A stretch of DNA of 64,000 bases from Octopus sinensis (lineage: Eukaryota), in the NCBI RefSeq assembly GCF_006345805.1, contig NC_043007.1, positions 38,254,001 through 38,318,000 on the forward strand. Reading direction: 5' to 3'. The notes below the pieces were generated by a model. The model was not told where the DNA came from and searched no databases. It saw only the letters and a program-made list of their open reading frames with translations. This document shows, in pieces, positions 11,209 through 23,545 of this stretch; positions within the stretch are counted from its first letter, which is position 1; each line of letters opens with the position of its first letter. Both the position numbers and the translations under genes were made by a program.

Positions 11209-14200
11209 CATCATCATCATCATCATCATTTAGCGTCCGTTTTCCATGCTAGCATGGGTTGGACGGTTCTACTGGGGTCTGTGAAGCCAGAAGGCTTCAT
11301 CAGGCCCAGTCAAATCTGGCAGTGTTTCTACGGCTGGATGCCCTTCCTAACGCCAACCACTCCGTGAGTGTAGTGGGTGCTTTTTACGTGCCACCCGCAC
11401 TGGTGCCAGACAGAGCTGGCAAACGGCCACGAACGGATGGTGCTTTTATGTGCCACCGGCACGAGGGCCAGGCGAGGCTGGCAACGGACACGAAACGGGG
11501 CGGTGCTGGCAACGGTCGCGAAACGGAAAGTTCTCTTACATGCCACCGGCACTGGTAACACATCTGCAATTTCCATTGATCGATTTCCATTGATCGATTT
11601 CGATTCTGATCCTCACTTGCCTCAATGGGTCTTCACAAGCAGAGTTTCGACATGCCACCGGCACTGGTAGCACATCCGCAATTTCCATTGATCGATTTCG
11701 ATTCTGATCCTCACTTGCCTCAACACGTCTTCACAAGTAGAGTTTTGTGTCCCAAGAAGGGAAGGTATGCATACGTAGGCTGGCTCCATCCCATGTAGAA
11801 GGCCACGGGTTGTGGACTCACTTGTCCTGCCGGGTCTTCTCGCGCACAGCACACTTCCAGAGGTCTCGGTCTCTAGTCATTTCCTCAGTGAGACCTAAAG
11901 TTCGAAGGTCGTGCTTCACCACCTCGTCCCAGGTTTTCCTGGGTCTGCCTCTTCCACAGGTTCCCTCAACCGCTAGGGTGTGGCACTTTTTCACACAACT
12001 ATCTTCATCCATTCGCCCACATGACCATACCAGCGCAAACGTCTCTCTTGCACACCACAACTGATGCTTCTTAGGTCCAGCTTTTCTCTCAAGGTACTTA
12101 CACTCTGCCGAGTGTGAGTACCGGCATTACACATCCATCGGAGCATACTGGCTTCATTTCTAGCGAGCTTACGCATATCCTCAGCAGTCACGGCCCATGT
12201 TTCACTGCCATGTAGCATGGCTGTTCGTACACACGCATCATACAGTCTGCCTTTCACTCTGTGCGAGAGGCCTTTTGTCACCAGCAGAGGTAAGAGCTCT
12301 CTGAACTTTGCCCAAGCTATTCTTACTCTAGCAGTTACACTTTCAGCACACCCACCCCCGCTGCTGACTTGGTCACCTAGGTAACGGAAACTATCAACTA
12401 TTTCTAGTTTTTCTCCCTGGAAAGTGACGGAAGTTGGTCTCAGAGCATTTTCAGTGTTTATTGTTCCTGAGCATCTGCCACATACAAAAACCATCTTCCT
12501 AGTTAGCCTTCCTTTGACATTGCTGCATCTTATAGAGTTTCTACCTACACCTTTTCTACAGATCGAGCAGGGCCATCTACCTGAAGGTGTTTGTGATTTG
12601 TCTACCTTCCTACTGATTACGACTTTGGTTTTAGCTAGATTGACTCTGAGGCCCTTCGATTCTAATCCTTGTTTCCACACCTGAAACTTCTCCTCCAGTT
12701 CTGATAGCGACTCAGCAATTAGAGCAAGGTCATCAGCATAGAGGAGCTCCCAAGGGCATCCTGTCTTGAATTCCTCCGTTATTGCCTGGAGGACTATGAT
12801 AAATAGGAGGGGGCTGAGTACTGAGCCTTGGTGGACCCCTACCTCTACCCGGAATTCTTCACTGTACTCATTTCCAACCCTCACCCTACTAGCGGCGTCC
12901 CTATACATGGCCCGCACAGCTCTCACTAACCATTCATCTATCCCTAGTTTTCTCATTGCCCACCAGATAAGGGATCGGGGGACCCTGTCGAAGGCTTTCT
13001 CCATGTCAACAAAAGCCAGGTACAGGGGCTTATCTTTGGCTAGGTATTTCTCCTGCAGCTGCCTTACCAGGAATATAGCATCAGTAGTACTTTTCCCTGG
13101 CACAAACCCAAACTGCATCTCATCTAAACTAACTCTCTCTCTAATTAGTTGGGCTATGACCCTCTCCGTAACCTTCATCACCTGGTCCAACAGCTTGATA
13201 CCTCTGTAGTTATTTGTATCTAGGGCATCACCTTTACCTTTGTAGCAGTTGACTATTATACTGCTACACCAGTCATTGGGTATGACCCCTTTGTGTATCA
13301 CCTGATTAACTATATGGGTGACTAGGCTATAGCCGACACTACCAGACATTTTGAGCATCTCTGCAGTGATTCCTGATGGGCCTGGGGCTTTCCCTGTCTT
13401 CATGCTTCTAATTGCCTTAGCTACCACAGAACTATCAACTCGGATAGCTGGTCCCTCTGTTGGGTCAACATTCGGCAGACTCTCTTTATCCCATTCATTT
13501 TCTTCATTCAGCAACCTTTCATAGTGGCATCTCCAAACCTCTCTCTTCGCATCCTCATTTAGCGCAAGTGAACCATCTTCCATGCGAACACACTTCTCTC
13601 CTACCACATCACGATTCTCTCTCAAACACTGTCTTGCAACACGAAACACCTCCAGTCTTTGGTCCTCACGGCGCAGAACATTGGCAAATTTTTTCTTATC
13701 TGCTTCCCCTCTGGCTAAATAAACCTGTCTCCTAGCTCTCTTTTGGCAGTCTGATACAATTCCCTGCTACCCCCATTTTTCCAGACCTTCCAAGCCTGTC
13801 TTTTCTCTAATAGCCCTGTCTACAATATTGTTCCACCACCACGTTATTCTAGGTCGAGAGGGGACTTTGCACCAGCCACAGATCTGGTCAGTGGCTCTCA
13901 GCAGGTTGTCCCTTAGAAACGTCCAGCTGTCTTCTACCCCCTGTGATGCTCTATCCCCTTCTACTTCGTCAGAGGCTTCAAGTAATATGTCCCTAAATCT
14001 CTGTCCATTTGCAGGATCTTTAAGCTTCCAGATCCTTCTTCTCCATATTTGTCGTCTTCTGGTTGTCCTCCTAGTCCTGATCCTAAAGTCACTAACTACC
14101 AGTCTATGTTGTGGGGTACATTCTTCACCTGGGAAGGTTTTGGCATTATAAGCAGCCATCTCTCCCTTTGCCTTGTAAGGATGTAGTCAATTTGGCTGGT

Positions 14201-14900
14201 ATGTTGGCCCGATTGGTAAGTGACTAGGTGGCTGGTAGGTTTCCTGAAGTTAGTGTTGCAAATCATAAGATTATTTGCATCGCAGAACTCCAGCAGCCTG
14301 GTTCCCTCCTCGTTGCGGGAGCCATAGCCATAGCCTCCATGTACGCCATGGAAGCCCCCAGCATGTCGTCCAACGTGACCATTGAAGTCACCAGCCACAA
14401 AGATAAGGTCTCTGTCGTTCGTCAATGAGGTAGTCTGCAGTAGAGTGTCATAGAATCGGTCTTTCTGTCCATCGGGTAGCCCCGACTGAGGAGCATAGGC
14501 TGATATAATGGTTGCTAAAAACTATGATGAAGCACTAATCTAATCTTAAGTATTCTGTCACTTACTCTGATTACCTCAATTACTTTATCTACCCATTTCT
14601 CAGCGATAAGTATACCCACGCCACCAACCCCGTCAGGTTCCTGCCCAGAAAATCTTGTACCTGCGTTCCTTGCCTGTGAGGAACCTAGCTGATCCTCCTC
14701 TCCACCTTATTTTTGCATGCAACATATATCCACACATCTCCGTTCAAGCATCTCGACTATCTCACCAGACCTACCTTTCAGAGTGCCAACGTTGAGGGTG
14801 CCAACCCTGAGGGTGTGGAAGGCATGGGCTCTAGGACCCTGGGACGGTGGACAGTAGCTTCGTGTACCTGAAAAGAAAGCTCGCATTTGCAGAATTCATG
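11209..14900 (-). mobile_element. Near-full-length RTE-clade LINE, frameshifted, antisense in ZFYVE26 intron w6
   Basis: ORF start ATG 14886 (MRAFF...LRVGTLNVGTL). AP-endonuclease motifs GDFNGHVG and SQIDY. RT in ORF 11991-13649 (QFGF, FVDMEKAFD, HQGSVLSP, LYADD). C-terminal RGRPRKTW. (GAT)n tail at 11209-11228. 5' boundary uncertain, possibly up to ~15200. Confidence 0.95.
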
Positions 14901-15457
14901 TGCAAGAAATGAAGTAGTAAAGTAGCCTTCAGTACAACCTGCATAACGCTAGCCTTTCATATTTTGCACTGTATGAACATTACCTTACATAGGTCGAGAC
15001 TAGGGGTAGGGAGGGGTATGGATGGTGAGAGCATTTGCAGTCTTCATGGGAAGCAACCCCGGAATGGAAGTCCATATCCCATTAAAAACAATTTGTATCC
15101 TATGCCCCACCTCAATTTTCCCAGGTCCCACCAGTGGGGCATATCATGTATTTAGCATATAGACATATAGGGGCAAAAACACACTAGCATGTCCACTTAC
15201 AAACACATAAGTGCCTACATACACAGGCATGAATACTCATGTAAACATATATGCATACAGACACACATGCATATCTTTTTTATTTTTTGTATAAATGTAA
15301 GCATTACATTGTGATGTGCACAGCTTTGCCTTAAAATAATTGTCCCTACAAATATACATGCACAGGAACACACACACACTCTCTCTCTCTCTTCTGAAAC
15401 ATTTCAAATTGTGTGTGGAATGCATTTCTTCAAATATTTCTGTTTAACCATTTTCAG

Positions 15458-15592
15458 GGAAGGATAGAAGCCAGTCCCGATTGTCTTTGATGTCAGACCG
15501 TCAGGACTTGGATAGTGTTAGTGTGGCATCGAAGAACCATCAGTCAGAAACTGGAAGCACACGGATGCGGAGACGAGGATCCGATACATCCT
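15458..15592 (+). CDS. ZFYVE26: ZFYVE26 exon w7 (Ser/Arg-rich linker KDRSQSRLS...RRGSDTS)
   Basis: ttttcag acceptor, t|gtatgt donor, phase 1-1 fits neighbours. Confidence 0.8.
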
Positions 15593-16747
15593 GTATGTTA
15601 ACTCTAAATGTTTTTTCACTTTCTTATTATTATGCTATACATCCACATCAACTGCTCTGTTAATTATGAAATATTGCTATATGCTTTTACTTGCTTCAGA
15701 TATTGTATTATAACCATGCTGGGGTACCACTTTGAAGGGTTTCTTTTTTAGTCAATCATATTGACCCAAGTACTTACTTTTAAGTCTGGTACTTATTTTG
15801 GCCATTCTGTGCACTGCTAAGTCATGGGGCATAAACAGAAACATGTTTTTCTTCAAGTGGCATCAATCTATAGACAGATAGAGAAATAGACACTTACAAA
15901 CACACACACACACACTCATGCATATTTATAGGTGGAGGCATGGCTATATGGTTAAGAAACTTGCTTCCCAACCACATAGTTTCAAGTTCAGTCCTACTGC
16001 ACAGCTTCTTGAGCAAGTGTCTTCTGCAATATCTGCAGGTTGACCAATGGATTTGGGAAACAGAAACTGAAAGAAGCCCATCGTGTGTGCATGTGCACAT
16101 GTGTAGTAAGGAATGTGACAGTGTAGAGAGAAAGAAAAGGCAAAAAAGTGTGCCATGGAAAAATTGTGGCGATCAACAATCAAGGGTGAAGATCTGACAT
16201 AAAAGCCAGTAATCAAGTGGTATTCAAGGTGCAAGGTACTCTAAGAATTAAAGTACTCTGAAAAATTGTTTGGATAGAAATGGAGCATCTACCCTAAGTA
16301 CGTGATAATATAAGAGAAAGTAAATACACAAAGCCAAAAAAAAGAGAAAAACAAGATGAAATGCCACACTGTTTCCATCTATAAATTTCAGTCACAAGGT
16401 TTTGGTTAGTCAGTGACTATTATAAAGGACACTTGCCCAAGGTGCCATGCATTTTGTGTGAGATGGTTTATTCTTTGAAACAGTTAATTTTATTGCCAAA
16501 TGTTCTTCAAATATGTCTCTATGCTGTCAGCGTTCTGCTGTTGATAAAATATATCAGTAGTGTACACTTGAAAGCAGTGCCTCAGCATGGCCAGTCCCTG
16601 AAACCAGTAAAAAAAATATACAATTGATCAAGAATAATGTGTGTGTGTGTGAGGTGATCTTAGGTTGGTAAGTCCAAAACAAAAACTGCTCTTTATATAC
16701 TGTAAGTATAAAGGTGAATTTATTGTAATTGCAAAAATATGTTGTAA

Positions 16748-17145
16748 TCTTTATATATAAAAGTAAGGTTGTGTGTCTGTCTCCTACGATTTAGATTCCT
16801 AACTACTCCCACATTTTGCGGTACAGTTTAACCAAACCGGGTATCTTATAGTCGTGATTCATATCGAGCCCTTCTGGGTATTAGCGTGCGTCTACGATGA
16901 GTCTACGATTTAAAAAAAAATTTACCATAATTTTTTTCCATTTTAATGCATTTTTTTCGCTATTATATAAGGGAAGTAACTCTCTAAAAATGTCTACGAT
17001 GAGTCAACAATTTAAAAAAAAATTTACCATAATTTTTTTTCCATTTTTAATGCATTTTTTTGCTATTTTTTGGCTATAACTCTCTAAAAATGCTTATATA
17101 GTTATTTCCCTTACAAACCCGAGCAACGCCGGGCGATACTGCTAG
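16748..17145 (+). mobile_element. Non-autonomous Helitron
   Basis: 5' TCTTTATATATAAAAG, subterminal hairpin CCCGAGCAACGCCGGG, 3' CTAG, inserted between A and T, no TSD. Confidence 0.88.
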
Positions 17146-17352
17146 TATATTATAGATGAACAATTAGAATTAATTTCAAAGGTCCCATATGGCAGGAATG
17201 TTGTCATAAAGGGCTGGCTATCCAATCTCAATTTTACTCTTTTTTTTTCTCCTGAATTTGAAACTTATAGTAATCATTCTTCTATAATATATTTATGTAG
17301 CTACAATATATATATATACGTATGTATGTATATATATATATATATATATATA

Positions 17353-18478
17353 CAGGGGTTGGACAAAATAATGGAAACACCTTAAAATTTCAAACAAATT
17401 TATTTTACTATGGAGTAGAACCACCTTTGGCAGTAATTACCACTTGAATTCTATGAGATATGGACTTGTACAAAGTTTGAATTGTTTTCAAAAGAATTTT
17501 TGTCCATTCTTCAGCTAATACAGTCTCCAGTTCTTGTAGTAATGATGGTGGAGGATATCAACTCCTAACTTGTTTTTCTAAAATGCACCATAAATTTTCA
17601 ATAATATTGAGACTTGGGGACTATGGTGGCCAGATAAGATGTTCAACTTCACTAGAACGTTCTTCGTGTCATTCAGTAACAACTTTAGTTTTGTGAATTG
17701 GTGCATTATCATCCTGAAAGATTGCGTTTCCCTCTAGAAGCAGTTTTGCGCCCATAGGATGAATTTGATCAGATAAAATACTTAAATAGTCTTGACTATT
17801 AATTCTGTCATGAAGAGAAAGCATTGGGCTGGTGGATTTCCAAAATATAGCCCCCCACCCCCGCCCAGATTATTACAGATCCTCCTCCACGTTTAACAGT
17901 TGAAAGAAGGCAGTTTGGGTCAAATGCTTCTTTTGGCTGTCTCCATAAATATACTGGGCTGGTGGTCAAAAATAAGGTAAAGGATGACTTGTCCGAGAAA
18001 ATAACTGTGAACAGTTTTTGTGGAAACTGGGTTCTCAAGTTAGTCATTAAGCTCTGCAGTAATTTTGGGAGCTGTACTTTTGTGATCCTTTGTAACAATT
18101 CGTGTAAGAGACCGACAGTCCCGATCTGAAAGTTTGGGTTTTCTTCCGGAGTTTTGTTTCCCTCTTTCTCAAAGGCTGTCATTACTTTTAAGACAGTGCT
18201 TCTTGATACACCAAACATTTTGGCTGTTTTTGTTCCGCTAGCACCTGCCATACAAGCACCAACAATTTGACCTCTTTGAAAGGCCAATAGATCTGTCATT
18301 TTAATGAATTTTAATTACCTTTTACTGATGATATCTGAAAAGAAACAGCAATTTTAGCAAAACATATTAAGCAACACTAATAATAAATCAAAAAACAAAA
18401 ATAAACAAGCTTTTGATGGTTTTATAGCTGTTTCAAAATTATGATGTTAGGTGTTTCCATTATTTTGTCCAACCCCTG
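17353..18478 (-). mobile_element. Tc1-like DNA transposon, decayed transposase
   Basis: Perfect 30-bp TIRs CAGGGGTTGGACAAAATAATGGAAACACCT, TA flanks, remnants FQRGQIVG, VIFSDKS, TVKRGGGSV.IW, FQDDNAPIH. Confidence 0.93.
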
Positions 18479-18581
18479 TATATACATATATCGTTGAGAG
18501 GATGTTGACTTGGTGGAGATTTGGGTTCTCTGAGTGCTCTTATTATATTCTTGTTTACCATTTCATTTACTCTTCCACCAG

Positions 18582-18778
18582 TGAACCGGTCTCCTGGAAA
18601 GAACATGGACAATCATCAACACAGGTCTGTTGGTACTACAGGCAGCAAGTACCTTTCTCTCAACTTGGGTACCGGCAGTAAATTCCAAATGCCACCAGAG
18701 CCACCTCACAAAGACCAGTGGGTCCCAGATTCTACAACTGCTGTCTGTATGGTTTGTCGTGTTGAGCGATTCAGCATG
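18582..18778 (+). CDS. ZFYVE26: ZFYVE26 exon w8, FYVE N-half (QWVPDSTTAVCMVCRVERFSM)
   Basis: WxxD and first CxxC of FYVE, ccag / atg|gtaagc. Confidence 0.93.
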
Positions 18779-18832
18779 GTAAGCATCTGTAATTTTGTAC
18801 ATACATACATTCACACATATACGTATGTAAGC

Positions 18833-18863
<31 letters not shown>

Positions 18864-18870
18864 ATATATA

Positions 18871-18904
<34 letters not shown>

Positions 18905-19559
18905 ATCAGAAGATAAATTCTAACACCTTAATGTTCTTAATCAAATCAACCTCTCTGTCTGTATATCTACCCTCTTTATAATGTTAGCAATTAACATGGA
19001 AATAAGTATATGTATTGATGGAAAACCTCTATAAATGGCTTATGATTGCTCAACATTTTAAAACTGATGTAATACTTACAATGTTTAATAAAATGATGTA
19101 GTGTGAAACGATCGTACCAAATTACCGAAGATATTCTTGTCACTTACTTTGATTATAATCACCCCATGGATTTATGTGGATAACACCAAACAAAATTCTG
19201 ATGCATCTGACTTAAGTACCATATTCATTTGAATCTAAATTTTGCTGAACTTATATATATATATATATATATATATACGCACACACACATACATGCATGC
19301 ATACACACATTTCCACTTGTACTAATGTGAAGTCTGTATTTGGTTGTTTGACATGATAGACAAAGCAGCCAAATTTCCTCAAATTTTACTCCACCTTTTT
19401 ATGGCAGAAATGAAGCAGATACCAAAAAGTAAGGGATGGTGGCAGCTGGAATGCCTTCAGTCAAAGATCTGCTTCAATCAAGCACTTCTCTGGAGCTAAA
19501 TAACAACAATATTTACATTTCCATTTATACACAGATATTTATACACAGAAGGCATTCCA

Positions 19560-19983
19560 GCTGTCACCATCCGAATGTGGCCGTAGCCAGTACCGCATCG
19601 ACTGGCCTCCGTGCTGTGGGCACGTAACAAACACCATCCGATCGTGGCCGTTCGCCAGCCTCGTCTGGCACCTGTGTCGGTGGCACATAAAAACACCATC
19701 CGAGCGTGGCCGTCTGCCAGCCTCGTCTGGCACTTGTGTCAGTGGCACATAAAAAACACCATCGAGCGTGGCCGTCTGCCAGCCTCGTCTGGTACCTGTG
19801 TCGGTGGCACATAAAATCACCCACTACACTCTCGGAGTGGTTGACGTTAGGAAGGGCATCCAGCTGTAGAAACACTGTCAGATCTGACTGGCCTGGTGCA
19901 GCCTTCGGGCTCCCCAGACCCCAGTTGAACCATCCAACCCATGCTAGCATGGAAAGCGGACGTTAAACGATGATGATGATGAT
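19560..19983 (+). mobile_element. RTE 3' end/RTE-tailed repeat with internal ~57-bp tandem units
   Basis: Ends catggaaagcggacgttaaacgatgatgat like the RTE tail. Related tails at ~25820, 33300, 40290, 40900, 43540, 46440 and 62690. Confidence 0.85.
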
Positions 19984-20484
19984 ATGCAAAGCAGGCATCA
20001 GGTTATACTCACCTGTATGTACAGATACATACACATGCAGACCTGAAGTTAGATGACTTTTGAATTGGTCTCAATACTCTGACACTTTAGTTGTAAAAGC
20101 ATCAATAGAAAGAAGCTTGTCATGTGTGTGTTTGTATGGTGGTGGGGTTTAATGTGTCCTTGTCTTGATAAAGTGAGATATTTGTAAATGAGTATCACCA
20201 TCATGTAAGTGATGGCCATCATTTTCCAATCTTCTGTGAAAATCTGTCTGGTGAGAGGGGAAATATTATGTTATTTGGAAACAGCTAAGGGTTGGTAAGA
20301 GGAAGGTCATCGAGCTGTAGAAAATCTGCCTTCGCATATTCTGCCTGATTTATGCAAGCATAGAAAAGTCGATGTTAAACCAATGATGATCTCATGCACA
20401 TACACACATACACAACACATACACACACTCAACACATGCAGACACACATGCCACATACATTTATATGCATGTATATCAGCTTTT

Positions 20485-20800
20485 GTGGAGGCGCAATGGC
20501 CCAGTGGTTAGGGCAGCGGACTCGCGGTTGGAGGATCGCGGTTTTGATTCCCAGACCAGGCGTTGTGTGTGTTTATTGAGCAAAAGCACCTAAAAGTTCC
20601 ACAAAGCTCCAGCAGTGGGTGGTGGCAACCCCTGTTGTACTCTTTTGCCCCAACTTTCTCTCACTCTCTCTTCCTGCTTCTTGAGTAACGCTGCGATGGA
20701 CTGGCGTCCGGTCCAGCAGGGGGGAACACATACGCCACAGAAACCGGGAAACCGGGCCCATGAGCCTGGCTAGGCTTGAAAAGGGCGACGTTTATCATTT
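20485..20800 (+). mobile_element. tRNA-derived SINE with 13-bp TSD
   Basis: A box TGGCCCAGTGG, B-box-like GGTTTTGATTCC, TSD tatatcagctttt on both sides. Confidence 0.88.
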
Positions 20801-20852
20801 TATATCAGCTTTTATTGTTTTATATATATTGTTTTATCAAATCCTTTTGCAG

Positions 20853-20983
20853 TTTAATCGACGTCACCATTGCCGTAGATGTGGTCGTCTTGTTTGCAGA
20901 GGATGTTCCGGTAGAACCACCCTCATCTTTGGCATGATAGCCCGTACTTGCGATGATTGTTTTGAACAGATATCACGATCAAG
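20853..20983 (+). CDS. ZFYVE26: ZFYVE26 exon w9, FYVE C-half (FNRRHHCRRCGRLVCRGCS...RTCDDC)
   Basis: R(R/K)HHCR PI3P-binding motif, tttgcag / ag|gtaact. Confidence 0.97.
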
Positions 20984-21412
20984 GTAACTAATTACTAGCT
21001 CACACTTGTTGCCACAGCCAGTTTCTTTTAGCCTTTATGTATGTATTTAATGTATGTTTGTGTGTATGCATGTTATTTAATTCCTGCTCAGCCCTAATCA
21101 AGCAGATATTAAATGAAAGAAATACATAGCATTACTGTAAAATATCATGTATCATGTTGATGTAAGAAACTCTGTCTCTTTTACTCTTTTACTTGTTCCA
21201 GTCATTTGACTGTGGCCATCCTGGTGCACCGCCTTTAGTCGAGCAAATCGACCTCAGGACTTATTCTTTGTAAGCCTAGTACTTATTCTTTTGTTATCTT
21301 TTGCCGAACCACTAAGTTATGGGGTCGTAAACACCAGCATCAGTTGTCAAGTAATGTTGGGGGGACAAACACAGACACACAAACACACACACACACACAT
21401 ATATATATACAT

Positions 21413-21469
<57 letters not shown>

Positions 21470-21983
21470 CTGCTCGGTTAGCCAGCGGGGTGGCGTCATT
21501 CGAAGGCTAAAACAATGCGAACGCATTGTGACCAGCGATGTGTAACAACATCTGATGGTCTGGTCAGTCACGTGATCACGTGATATATATATATATTTTT
21601 ATATATATTCTTTTAAATTAATAGATTTTCTGTCTTCCTTGTCTTTACCTATTTTCTGGCATACAAGTCAAAGTTTCAGACCAGAATTTACAGCTAAAAA
21701 AGATAGGTTGACTTCTATGCCAAGATGACTTTGTTGGGACCAAAAATTCCATCTGAAGTACAGCAGGATTTGGAAAGTTATTGATGATGTTTGAATGTTT
21801 ACATTACATGTTTACACTATATTCTGTGTTGGCTTGTATGCCAGAAAATATGGTATATATTCTAGACGAATTCCCCGTAAATGAAGTTTGTACATTTAAG
21901 ATCAATTAGAAATGACTTGACACCTCATTGTCAGATGTTTATGATATTAAAATGTTTACAAGGCCTTCTTTTAATGTTTGCAG

Positions 21984-22209
21984 TATGAAAGATGAAAATG
22001 ACAGGACTCCCTATCGTCCCAAAGATTCTCAGTCACGAAGTAGCGATGAGCCCCTGAACTATAGTCCAAGTTTAACCTCATTTGCTCCCAAAGACCATTT
22101 CAGCTTTTATGACCTGGCCGGTGCCATCCGTCAAACAGAACATCCTTGGAAACTGAAGCTTGACCCTGACTACAACAGCGATCTTCTGGAAGAATTTTAC
22201 TATGAACAG
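21984..22209 (+). CDS. ZFYVE26: ZFYVE26 exon w10 (...WKLKLDPDYNSDLLEEFYYEQ)
   Basis: tttgcag / cag|gtatgt, EFYYEQ motif. Confidence 0.93.
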
Positions 22210-22686
22210 GTATGTGTTTATGTGACCCCTTTTTTCTCTGTTTTCTTTTTTCCCTTCTATGTGGTTGTGGACTCGTTCGAACTGCACAACATCTTGGGCA
22301 AGTGTTTTCTACTAAAGCCCATGCTTACCAAAGCCTTGTGAGAGTATTTGATTGATAGAAACTGAAAGATAAAAGGGGAAGGATGTGTTGGGGAGAGAGA
22401 GAGAGATGGTGTGTGTGCGTAGGTGGATTGACATAGTGAGTGGTGTGAGGGGCAGGTATTGTGTATGGGGAGAGCAAGAGATGTATGATAGTGAAGGAGA
22501 ATAGATAATTTAATGGCTTAGTTGGGTCATATGTAAAGTGGTGATTGGGGGAGAGAACAGTATAAAGATGATGGAGGGGATATTAAGTAAAATGATTCTG
22601 AGCAGTGAGAAAGATTAGGAAAAGCTGTAGTCATTGTTTGAAATATAAATATCATTGGTTTTTGTTTTTCTCATTCTCTTTTACAG

Positions 22687-22847
22687 GCACCGAGTGCATC
22701 TTTGTGCATTTCCATACTCAATGTGCACAGTGATCCTCGAAAATGCGGAGAGCTGATTCTTAAGCTTTGTGACGACCTTTCCAAACTGCTGAAACCCATC
22801 TCACCTGGAATGGCAAATAGTGAAATAGACTACAGCCTAGTCATTAG
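22687..22847 (+). CDS. ZFYVE26: ZFYVE26 exon w11 (APSASLCISILNVH...EIDYSLVI)
   Basis: ttacag / ag|gtaaag, APSASLC motif. Confidence 0.95.
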
Positions 22848-22869
22848 GTAAAGTAATGGCTGTTTAATT

Positions 22870-23545
22870 TCATCATCATCATCATCATCATTTAGCGTCC
22901 GTTGTCCATGCTGGCAAGGGTTGAATGGTTTGACCAGGGCTGGCGAGCAGGAAGGCTGCATTAGACCCCAGTTTGGTTTGGCATGGTTTCTAAAGCTGGA
23001 TGCCCTTCCTAACACCAACCACCCTGAAACTGTAATGGGTGCTTTTACATGCCACCGGCACAGGTGCCATTTCCATGACACCGGTGTCTGCCACGACTGC
23101 AATTTTACTTGGCTTGATGGCTCTTCCTCTCAAGCACCATACAATGTCAAAGGTCTTGGTCATTTACTCTGTGAGGCCCAACACTCGAAAGGGGCTTTTC
23201 ACTTGTTACCATATGAAGGGCCCTTAAGCTTCCAAATCCTTCTTTTCCAGATTGGTCTGCTTCTTGGCATCCTTCTGGCCTGGAGTCTAAAGTCACTACT
23301 ATGCTGGGGAGGGGGGGCATTCTTCACCAGGGAGGGTCTTTGTATTTAAGAGCAACCATGCATCCCATTGTCTGGTGAGAATGTAATGGACCTGGCTAGC
23401 ACAGTCACCTGATTGGTATATTATCAGGTAACTGACTGGCTTCCTGAAGTTAGTGTTGCAAATCAGTAGGTTACTTGCATTACAGAACTCCTGTAGTATT
23501 GTTCCCTCTTTGTTTTGGGAACCAATTCCATGGCCCCCATGTACT
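22870..23545 (-). mobile_element. Internally deleted RTE derivative (3' tail joined to endonuclease region)
   Basis: (CAT)n plus shared 3' tail. 23150-23205 matches RTE ~11860-11910; 23222-23540 matches RTE ~14020-14345. Confidence 0.8.

Noticed and set aside
14868-14995. Apparent intron (gtaagg...cttttcag) at the RTE 5' end
   Set aside because: An in-frame ATG at 14886 reads straight through, so no splicing is needed.
16897-17079. Repeated ORF KKKFTIIFFHFN (also 5326-5511)
   Set aside because: Interior of non-autonomous Helitron copies, not a gene family.
19565-19815. CRISPR-like regular repeats
   Set aside because: Contiguous tandem units without unique spacers, inside an RTE 3' UTR in a eukaryote.
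20485-20560. tRNA gene
   Set aside because: A/B boxes belong to a multi-copy SINE head with a TSD; no full cloverleaf evident.
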